A stretch of DNA of 64,000 nt from assembly GCA_009788065.1 (NCBI GenBank), contig WQSF01000001.1:6414-70413 (forward strand). Direction: 5' to 3'. Source of the DNA: Treponema sp. (GTDB lineage Bacteria; Spirochaetota; Spirochaetia; Treponematales; Breznakiellaceae). Numbering within the stretch: the first letter of the stretch is position 1; each line of letters opens with the position of its first letter. Under the pieces are notes generated by a model that ran no database searches, was not told the origin of the DNA, and saw only the letters and a list, made by a program, of their open reading frames with translations. The position numbers and the translations under genes were made by a program. Shown in pieces: positions 56,519 to 64,000 of this stretch.

Positions 56519-59500
56519 TATGCCCTCCATACTTCCGCAACGCTTTTACATTTTCTTAATCCCTCAATAATATCATCATTTACGCCAATATCAAGTCCTG
56601 ACATTGCGCGTATAATTTTTTCCTCTTCTTTAAGCGGAATGTGTATAAAAATAGCGTTTCGCCCTGAATTATCAGCAAGATAGTCCCTCAATTCTGTCAG
56701 TTCCTCGTTATTTTCAGAAGCGCCGCTATTTAACCTGATATGCACTTCATCAGGCTTATATTCAACGGTTTTTACGAGATCGGGCTCAGCAGCTTTTTCT
56801 TTAGAAGCGGCTTTCTTTGCCGCGCTTTTAGTCAGCATTGGAAAATCCGCCATACTCGTAACTTTAAAACTGCATTTACCGTCTCTGTTTTTATCATCGG
56901 GATCCCATTTTCCTTTAAACGCGTATATTTCATCAACTTTTAATAAATGGCGGTATTCGGCATACACCTTTGAGAAAAAGAGAAGATCGATCTCTCCTTC
57001 AAAATCCTTTAGAGCGCCAAATGCCATATCATTCTGATTTTTATCTTTTATTTCACGCAAACTAGTTAAATATCCAATAACGGTATAATTTCCGCTGTTA
57101 ACCTGATTTAAAAAAGAACTTTTTAAATCCGCCATATAAAGCCATGTATTTCTGTGGATTTTATTTTTTTCTTCCAAATCCTTTATTTCGTTAACTGCGC
57201 CGCCCGCTTCCTGCCTGCTTATAACACTGTCCGCCAAAAAACTGTATTTATCTTTATCTCTCTGATAATCAATTTTTCCTTTTAAAATTACCACCCTATC
57301 TTCGTTGATATGATGCTGGCATCTTTCCCACGGATCAGAAAAAAATGTTACTTCAATTTCGCCGTTAAAATCGGAAAGCGAGGCAAAAGCCATTTTACCG
57401 CCCTTGCTGGTAATGATTGTTTTAACATCTTTTATAATACCAACCAGTATGTAATTACCGGTTTTCCATGTTTCTCTTTTTCCAAGATTTACAGTAACGG
57501 CTTCCTGCCAAATTTTTTTGTACTCGTCCATCGGGTGGCCGGAAAAATAAAAACCTATAAGCTGTTTTTCCAAATTAAGCCTGTCGGAACGGCTCTTTGG
57601 AGGAAATTCCTCGAATTTAAATTCGGGCATATCCTCTTTCGAAATATCATCAAAAAGCCCTGACTGCCCCAATTGTTCGTCTTCTTTCTTTTTAAGAGCG
57701 TATTCAACCGTTTTTTCAAGGTTACCTTCGAGAGTTTCGCGCGATACTCCAAAATCGTCAAACGCTCCGGTTTGTATTAAAAGTTCTATAACTTTCTTTC
57801 CGACGGCTTTAATGTTTACCCTTTCCAAAAAATCCATAAAACTTTTATATGGGCTGTCTTGCCTTTTTTTAACAATTTCGTCGCAAGGCGATTCTCCGAC
57901 GCCTTTAATTCCAAGAAATCCGTAAATTATTTTTCCGTTAACAACTGTGAATACTTTATTCGAATGATTAATATTAGGCGGCTCAACTGTCAACCCCATC
58001 CTTCTTGTTTCATCGATACATTTTGAAAGCCTGTCCTTATCGGTTGAGTAAATGTCATTCGTAAGGTTAGCCGCCATAAATTCAGCCGGAAAATTTGCTT
58101 TGAGATACGCAGTTTGATACGCCAAAACTGAATATGCGACAGCATGGCTCTTATTAAAACCATAATCCGCAAATGGAACAAGTATTTCATAAATTTCATC
58201 CGCTTTTTCCCTGGAGTACCCCTGTTTTGCGGCTCCTTCTAAAAACGGTATTTTTTCTTCGTCGATAATCTTTCTTTTCTTTTTTCCCATTGCCCTGCGT
58301 AAAAGGTCAGCCTTTCCCATGCTGTAACCTGCAATGATCTTTGCCACTTCCATTACCTGTTCCTGATAAACAATAACTCCGTAAGTTTCCTTTAAAATAT
58401 TTTCAAGAGACGGATCAGGATACGTAATAGGCTGTCTCCCGTTTTTTGATTCAACAAAACGATCGATATTATCCATAGGGCCGGGGCGGTACATTGCGTT
58501 TAACGCAGATAAATCGGCGATTGAATTGGGTTTTGTTCTCTTTAAAATTCCCTGCATTCCGTCAGATTCAAACTGGAATATACCGTAACTTCTTCCTTCG
58601 CCCAGCATTTTGTACGCTTTTTTATCGTTTTCAGGCATATCTTTAACAAAAAAATTCGCGTATTTTCCGCCCTGAAGATGAATCAATTCTTCTGTGTGTC
58701 TTATTACATCAAGAGTTATTAAACCAAGAAAGTCCATTTTAACAAGACCGCATTGTTCAAGATAATTCATACTGAACTGAGTGGCGATTGCTCCCGGCTT
58801 TCCTGTTTTCGCGTCATCGCGTTCCTGATAAAGAGGAACAAGTTCTATTAAAGGATATTTTCCGATTACAATGCCCGCGGCGTGAATAGAAGAATTGCGT
58901 TTTAATCCTTCCAGTTTACGCGCGATCTGAAACATTTCGGCATAAGCGGATTCATTTTCCAACTCCCTCAATTTTGATTCGTTTTCAAAAGCGTATTTTA
59001 ACGTAAGTTTTTCCTGTCCTTTCGGTTCAGGGATCAATTTAAGTATCATATTTGCTCTATCAAGCGAAATATTAAGCACACGCGCAACATCTTTTATAAC
59101 TTGTTTTGTTCCCAATGTTGAAAATGTTATTATTTTTCCTACTTTGTCTTTTCCGTATTTCTCCGTAACATAATTGCGCACATCATCTCTTCCGAAATTG
59201 GCAAAATCAATATCAAAATCAGGCATAGAAACGCGTTCGTTATGCAAAAACCGTTCAAAAAGAAGGTTATATTTTAAAGGTTCAACATCTGTTATGCGAA
59301 GAGAATAAGCCACGATTGAACCGACGCCGGAGCCGCGTCCGGGCCCGACAGGAATATCTTTGTTTTTGGCATATCTTATAAAATCTTCCACTATTAAAAA
59401 ATATCCTGTAAAACCCATATCGATAATAATATTAAGCTCTTCTTCGCATCTTTTTTTTATATTTTCCCATTCATTTCCATTTTCCACTTTTTCTTTTGCG

Positions 59501-60504
59501 TAACGCTGTTCAAGTCCGTTTTTTGCAAGATGGCGCAAATAACTGTCCGCGTCATCAAAACCTTCCGGGATTCCGACTTCAGGAAGATATTTTGGAAGTT
59601 CTTTTATATTAATATCGGGAATATCCGCATTACAGCGATCCGCTATACGGACAGTATTTTCAACCGCCTGAGGATATTCGTTGAAAAGAGCGGACATTTC
59701 ATCGCCTGATTTTAAATAAAATTGATCTCCGTGGTATCTTTTGCGGTTTTCATCTGTTCGAAGTTTCGCGGTTCCGATACAAAGCAATATATCATGCGCA
59801 ATACTGTCATCCTGATTTAAATAATGAACGTCATTTGTCGCTACAAGAGGAATGCCCGTTTTTTTAGAAATACCGGCTACAGCTATGTTAATATCTTTCT
59901 GCGATAAATCGGTTCCGCGCAATCCCCCCGACGGAATTCCGTGATCCTGAATCTCAAGATAAAAACAAGGCTCATTTTTTCCTTCATCATCAAAACCGAA
60001 TAAGTCGCGGTAAAAAAGCGCTCGCTTTTCCGCTTCCTCAAGTTTTCCCGCCTGAATAAGACGCGGTATCTCGCCTGACGCGCATGCAGAAAGCGCGATA
60101 AGTCCTTTATGATATTTTTTTAAAATTTCATTATCAATACGCGGCCTGTAATAAAAACCTTCGGTATAGGCATATGAGCAAATTTTAACAAGGTTAAAAT
60201 ACCCTTCTCTTGTCTGAGCCAGCAAAACCATGTGGTAGTATTTATTTTCGTGTTCCGCGCCTTTTTTTTCGGTGCATAAACCAGGCGATACATATACTTC
60301 ACAGCCGATAATTGGTTTTACTTTTTTATCGTTTTTTTTGCAAATTTCGATAAATTCCATCGCGCCGAACAAATTACCGTGATCTGTCAGAGCGATGCTT
60401 CCCATCTCAAGCTCTCCGGCGCGTTCTACAAGAGATTTTATTGAAACCGCGCCGTCTGCAAGAGAGTAATCTGAATGTACGTGGAGATGAACGAAATTTG
60501 CCAT
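56518..60504 (-). CDS. dnaE: DNA polymerase III alpha subunit with duplicated C-terminal OB-fold
   Basis: HLHVHSDYS, TDHGN (PHP), GPGRGSG, MPDFDIDF, KMDFLGL, YGFNKSHA. Confidence 0.97.
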   Translation of the reverse strand: MANFVHLHVHSDYSLADGAVSIKSLVERAGELEMGSIALTDHGNLFGAMEFIEICKKNDKKVKPIIGCEVYVSPGLCTEKKGAEHENKYYHMVLLAQTREGYFNLVKICSYAYTEGFYYRPRIDNEILKKYHKGLIALSACASGEIPRLIQAGKLEEAEKRALFYRDLFGFDDEGKNEPCFYLEIQDHGIPSGGLRGTDLSQKDINIAVAGISKKTGIPLVATNDVHYLNQDDSIAHDILLCIGTAKLRTDENRKRYHGDQFYLKSGDEMSALFNEYPQAVENTVRIADRCNADIPDINIKELPKYLPEVGIPEGFDDADSYLRHLAKNGLEQRYAKEKVENGNEWENIKKRCEEELNIIIDMGFTGYFLIVEDFIRYAKNKDIPVGPGRGSGVGSIVAYSLRITDVEPLKYNLLFERFLHNERVSMPDFDIDFANFGRDDVRNYVTEKYGKDKVGKIITFSTLGTKQVIKDVARVLNISLDRANMILKLIPEPKGQEKLTLKYAFENESKLRELENESAYAEMFQIARKLEGLKRNSSIHAAGIVIGKYPLIELVPLYQERDDAKTGKPGAIATQFSMNYLEQCGLVKMDFLGLITLDVIRHTEELIHLQGGKYANFFVKDMPENDKKAYKMLGEGRSYGIFQFESDGMQGILKRTKPNSIADLSALNAMYRPGPMDNIDRFVESKNGRQPITYPDPSLENILKETYGVIVYQEQVMEVAKIIAGYSMGKADLLRRAMGKKKRKIIDEEKIPFLEGAAKQGYSREKADEIYEILVPFADYGFNKSHAVAYSVLAYQTAYLKANFPAEFMAANLTNDIYSTDKDRLSKCIDETRRMGLTVEPPNINHSNKVFTVVNGKIIYGFLGIKGVGESPCDEIVKKRQDSPYKSFMDFLERVNIKAVGKKVIELLIQTGAFDDFGVSRETLEGNLEKTVEYALKKKEDEQLGQSGLFDDISKEDMPEFKFEEFPPKSRSDRLNLEKQLIGFYFSGHPMDEYKKIWQEAVTVNLGKRETWKTGNYILVGIIKDVKTIITSKGGKMAFASLSDFNGEIEVTFFSDPWERCQHHINEDRVVILKGKIDYQRDKDKYSFLADSVISRQEAGGAVNEIKDLEEKNKIHRNTWLYMADLKSSFLNQVNSGNYTVIGYLTSLREIKDKNQNDMAFGALKDFEGEIDLLFFSKVYAEYRHLLKVDEIYAFKGKWDPDDKNRDGKCSFKVTSMADFPMLTKSAAKKAASKEKAAEPDLVKTVEYKPDEVHIRLNSGASENNEELTELRDYLADNSGRNAIFIHIPLKEEEKIIRAMSGLDIGVNDDIIEGLRKCKSVAEVWRA

Positions 60505-60512
60505 GTTTTGGC

Positions 60513-60541
60513 AGTTTACTTTAAATACTGCAATTTTTCAA
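60513..60541 (-). promoter_or_regulatory. Sigma70 promoter of dnaE
   Basis: TTGAAA-17 nt-TAAACT, 8 nt before ATG, no SD. Confidence 0.6.
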
Positions 60542-60574
60542 GGCAGTAATAAAGTACAACTGCCGCATTTTAAA

Positions 60575-63409
60575 TCACCTGCTCTCAGGCATTAATTTTA
60601 CTTCTACCGGTCCTTTTGCAAGGATTTGACGGCATAAAGCCTGAATATCCTGAGCTGTAACAGCCCTTATGGCATTTGGCCTAAGGTTTAGTCTGTTAAG
60701 AGGCGTGTTGTAAAGCACAGATGAGTTTGCGTAACTTTGCGCTATATGCATATTTGTTTGAACCGATTTTTCGTGCTCCATTAAAAGCGCTTCTTTTGAT
60801 TTGTTAAATGTGGCTGTATTTAAGGGTTTTGTAAAAATATCAGAGATCGTATCCTTAACAGCTTTTAAAAGTTCTTCCGAGCGCGATGGATCGCATACAA
60901 AGTAAATATTTAATCTTGCCTCGCCTGCGGGAATTACAGATACTGAAGCGCCTGCTGAGATTGAATATACGCCTCCAAGTTTCTCGCGGATTTCATCTGT
61001 TAAAACTATATCAAGGTATTCTGACAAAACGGCGGATACCTGATTTCTTTGTTCGCTGAAAGCCGAAGGCCCTTGCGTAAACCAGCCAAGATAGACTATG
61101 CATCTTTCGTCCTTCCCTTTAAAAATAGTTCTTTTAATTTCTGACGGACGGTTTATTCCTGGGTTTTTCCAACTGTTCATTGATTTATTTTCAGACGTTA
61201 ATGAAGCTATGTAAACCGCGGATAATTCTTTTATTTCATCTAAATCAAAATTCCCGGTAAACACAAAAGTATAATCAGAAGGATTAATACACAGTTTTAA
61301 AAATTCTTCCGCCTGCTTTGTCGAAACCTTATCCATGTCTTGTAATTCAAGCGGTTTAAAGAACGGGTTGTTATCATTTATAATTTTAACTAATTCATTG
61401 GAAAAAACATTCTGCGGATCCTGCTCTTCATGCGCAAGGTTTGTTTTATATTGATCTATCATAGCCCTCACCGCTCTTTCGTCTAATCTCGGCATCGAAA
61501 AGAAAAGGTGAATCATTTCAAAAAGCGTCTTTTTATCCTGTGTTGTGCAAGAGCCCTGAAAGCCGCGATAATAATTTGACAGCCAGAATGAAAATTTTGC
61601 CTGCTTTCCAGCCAGTTTATTTACAAGCTCCGTTTTGGAATACGGACCGAGTCCTGAAATATTTAACATTTCAGATAACAGGTCAACCGAGACGAATGTA
61701 TTTTCTGGCGTGTTCGTACTACCGCCGTTTGCGATTGCGTATAAAATAATCTCGTTATTTCTGTTTTCCGTTTTCTTAAGAATTACTTTTGCTCCGTTCG
61801 ATAACGTTATAATATTAGCTCCTGTCGGAGCGTCTGTACTTTCCAATACGATTTCTCCCGCTTCGGGAATTTTTTCCATCAAATCGCCTGAAACCGCTGT
61901 CTCCTGCCTCCTGGTAATTTTCGCTTTGGCAGTTTCATTAAAAATTTCCTTTATCCTCTGCGCGGACGGCAGAATATCCTCTTCAACCTGAGGAGCGATT
62001 AAAAAAACATTTATATCGTTATATGAAAAATAACTTCGTGTTTTTTTCGCGATTTCCTTTAAACCGATTCCGTCTATCATAGCATTAACAGCGTTTACTT
62101 CCCATTCGATATCAGACATATCTTCGCCGTACAGGAAATGGTTTGTAAAACCTCTGATAAATGTTCGGGATTCTGTTCTGTCTTTTTCTGAAAGCATTTT
62201 TTCCAGATACGACACAAGCGTCAATTTTGCTCTGTCAAGTTCGCTTTCTGTAAAACCGAACCTGCGTACCGCTTCTTTCTCAAATAATAATTCTTTTAAA
62301 GCGTCTTCAATTTTTCCCTGTTTGGGAGACGTACCCATTGCATAAAAACTTGAATTTTCTGACCATCTCCAAATGCTTCCCCATGAACTGCTTGCCGATG
62401 AATTTGGATCCAACTGTGTTTCTTCAAAACGCATTGAAAGCATTGTATCGATTAAATAATTGATAACGGATTCACGGTAATATTCTATCGTACCGCGCCG
62501 TTTACTCTTCTTCTGCTTGTAATAAATCATAAAACTTGAGGAAGTTAACTCTTCGTCTGTTATTATTTCAACATGAAAATTACCGTTTTTGGGCGGTGGA
62601 AGTTCATGGCGCGCTGATTTAAGGTTCTGTTTACTTTCCGGCATGTTAAAATGACCGGCAAGCTCAGCTTCAAGCGCCTTTCCGTCAAAATCACCGACAA
62701 AAACAAGCGCCATATTATAGCTTGCATACCATCGATCATAAAAAGCCCTTAGCTGCTCTGAAGTTGCGTTTTCTATTATATGCTCAAGCCCGATTGGCTG
62801 TCGATCCGCAAACGCGCTTCCCTTAAATAAAACCGGAAGGGTGATTTTTCGCACCCTGTCCATTGCGCCTAATCTGGAGCGCATTTCCTCAAGAATAACT
62901 CTGCTTTCGTTCTTAACGTCTTCTTCTTTAAAACTTACGGCGTAAGTCCAGTCGTCAAGAATCGCGAGAGCTCTATCCGGTATTCGTTTTATACCGTTTA
63001 CATTTTCTACAGGAATATCAAAATGATATACAGTTTCGTTATAAGATGTGTATGCGTTCGCGTCCGCGCCAAAACGCATTCCCATTGATCGTAAATATTC
63101 AATTAATTCAAGCGACGGGAACCTTGCGGTATCGTTAAACGCTAAATGTTCCGTAAAATGCGCAAAACCTCTTTGGTTATCTTCTTCAAGAACCGAACCC
63201 GCATCCACAATAAGCGCAAGATGCGCGCGGTTCTGCGGAAGCGAATTTTCCAAAATAAAATACTTTAAACCGTTTGGAAGGAAACCTGATAATGCGCGGC
63301 TGTTAAGCGGAACCAAATCGCTTCCCCTGCCGACTCCTTCAAAATTACCGGAAATTGTCGCGCAGGAAAACACCAATAAGGTTAGCAATATAATAATTAA
63401 CTTCTTCAT
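60575..63409 (-). CDS. M16 family zinc protease (PqqL-like), lipoprotein
   Basis: LVFS-C lipobox, LPNGL, HFTEH (HxxEH), NAYTS, IREKLGGVYS. Confidence 0.92.
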   Translation of the reverse strand: MKKLIIILLTLLVFSCATISGNFEGVGRGSDLVPLNSRALSGFLPNGLKYFILENSLPQNRAHLALIVDAGSVLEEDNQRGFAHFTEHLAFNDTARFPSLELIEYLRSMGMRFGADANAYTSYNETVYHFDIPVENVNGIKRIPDRALAILDDWTYAVSFKEEDVKNESRVILEEMRSRLGAMDRVRKITLPVLFKGSAFADRQPIGLEHIIENATSEQLRAFYDRWYASYNMALVFVGDFDGKALEAELAGHFNMPESKQNLKSARHELPPPKNGNFHVEIITDEELTSSSFMIYYKQKKSKRRGTIEYYRESVINYLIDTMLSMRFEETQLDPNSSASSSWGSIWRWSENSSFYAMGTSPKQGKIEDALKELLFEKEAVRRFGFTESELDRAKLTLVSYLEKMLSEKDRTESRTFIRGFTNHFLYGEDMSDIEWEVNAVNAMIDGIGLKEIAKKTRSYFSYNDINVFLIAPQVEEDILPSAQRIKEIFNETAKAKITRRQETAVSGDLMEKIPEAGEIVLESTDAPTGANIITLSNGAKVILKKTENRNNEIILYAIANGGSTNTPENTFVSVDLLSEMLNISGLGPYSKTELVNKLAGKQAKFSFWLSNYYRGFQGSCTTQDKKTLFEMIHLFFSMPRLDERAVRAMIDQYKTNLAHEEQDPQNVFSNELVKIINDNNPFFKPLELQDMDKVSTKQAEEFLKLCINPSDYTFVFTGNFDLDEIKELSAVYIASLTSENKSMNSWKNPGINRPSEIKRTIFKGKDERCIVYLGWFTQGPSAFSEQRNQVSAVLSEYLDIVLTDEIREKLGGVYSISAGASVSVIPAGEARLNIYFVCDPSRSEELLKAVKDTISDIFTKPLNTATFNKSKEALLMEHEKSVQTNMHIAQSYANSSVLYNTPLNRLNLRPNAIRAVTAQDIQALCRQILAKGPVEVKLMPESR

Positions 63410-63538
63410 GTATATATTATAGTTTAATATAGGAATTTATATAAGATATCCAGTGCGAACCGCGTGAACCGGTACGGATATATACTGCGATATTTTATTG
63501 TTATTATTATAAGAAATATTAGTTTTTAATCTAATATT

Positions 63539-63964
63539 TTAATGCAGAATTATCTGTCCTGTCGCTGTAAGTTCATCTACCTCGTCCATCTGTGTATCAA
63601 GCATTTCTTTTCTGTATGCTTTCTGTTCATTTTCTTTTAATTTTTCCATCGCTTTATAATCTTTCAAGGCATCAAGATAGATCGCTCTTTTTTCTTCGAC
63701 AACTAATTGCGCCTGCGCCGCTTGTTCCAACATTCTTTGCGCTTCCTGTTCCAGACGAAGGATATATACTTCCCATGACTGAGTTGCCTGCGGGTCTCTA
63801 TAGCGCTCTCTTACCGCATTGTTCTTCATTAACGCGGTTACTTTAATTTCATTTTCTATCTTATTAAGAGCGCTTATCGCCTGTCCAAGCGCCAGTTTAG
63901 TCTCTTCTTCTTTAAACTTTCTAATCTGAAGAATTTTTTCAAGATTAAATTTGAATTTTTTCAT
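63539..63964 (-). CDS. fliJ: Flagellar export protein FliJ
   Basis: MKKFKFNLEKILQIR..EE; helical protein; MEKLKE...DE C-terminus. Confidence 0.85.
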   Translation of the reverse strand: MKKFKFNLEKILQIRKFKEEETKLALGQAISALNKIENEIKVTALMKNNAVRERYRDPQATQSWEVYILRLEQEAQRMLEQAAQAQLVVEEKRAIYLDALKDYKAMEKLKENEQKAYRKEMLDTQMDEVDELTATGQIILH

Positions 63965-64000
63965 TATAAATCACCGCCCGAGGCGTTCATCTGCGTCATT

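Noticed and set aside
56518-60504. Possible intein explaining the long DnaE
   Set aside because: No C/S...HN splice motifs or LAGLIDADG seen; the extra length is explained mainly by the second OB-fold.
116-63846. Many short (60-190 aa) ORFs antisense to or overlapping the main genes
   Set aside because: Shadow ORFs of well-supported genes, with no motifs or RBS.
63965-64000. Possible 3' end of fliI upstream of fliJ
   Set aside because: Only 36 nt are visible, with no diagnostic motif and an ambiguous frame.
1-64000. CRISPR arrays, tRNA/rRNA, transposases, prophage or defence genes
   Set aside because: No regularly spaced repeats, cloverleafs or such protein motifs were seen, and intergenic spaces are mostly too short.

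Overview
AT-rich bacterial chromosome segment. Gene content, spirochaetal lipoboxes and gene order (galK-like/surE/TPR/NHL; dnaE/yggT/recG; fliJ) point to a treponeme-like spirochaete, plausibly a gut symbiont; this assignment is inference. Most of the window is housekeeping: ABC-F, galE, M20 hydrolase, dinG, queA, ruvABC, yebC, NeuB-like synthase, GH10, aminotransferase, thrA, cysteine desulfurase-thiI, a BMP-type ABC importer with an FGGY kinase, trmB, rdgB, UvrD/Rep, recG, dnaE, M16 protease and fliJ. The standout is a tightly packed ~19.7 kb co-directional unit (6553-26273). It encodes a Wsp-like alternative chemosensory system (2 CheW, CheB, CheR-TPR, 4 MCPs, hybrid CheA-REC, no free CheY) whose only output is a REC-GAF-class III adenylate cyclase, and it runs without a visible terminator into a TonB-dependent receptor, lipoprotein, ExbB, 2x ExbD and TonB. 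Three of the MCPs carry a polytopic membrane sensor and no HAMP. Other oddities: small GAACC..GGTTC-type palindromic inserts translated inside proteins, a tandem OB-fold duplication in DnaE, and several apparently leaderless genes. No rRNA, tRNA, CRISPR array, transposase or prophage was recognised. All calls come from reading motifs by eye; no database search was run.
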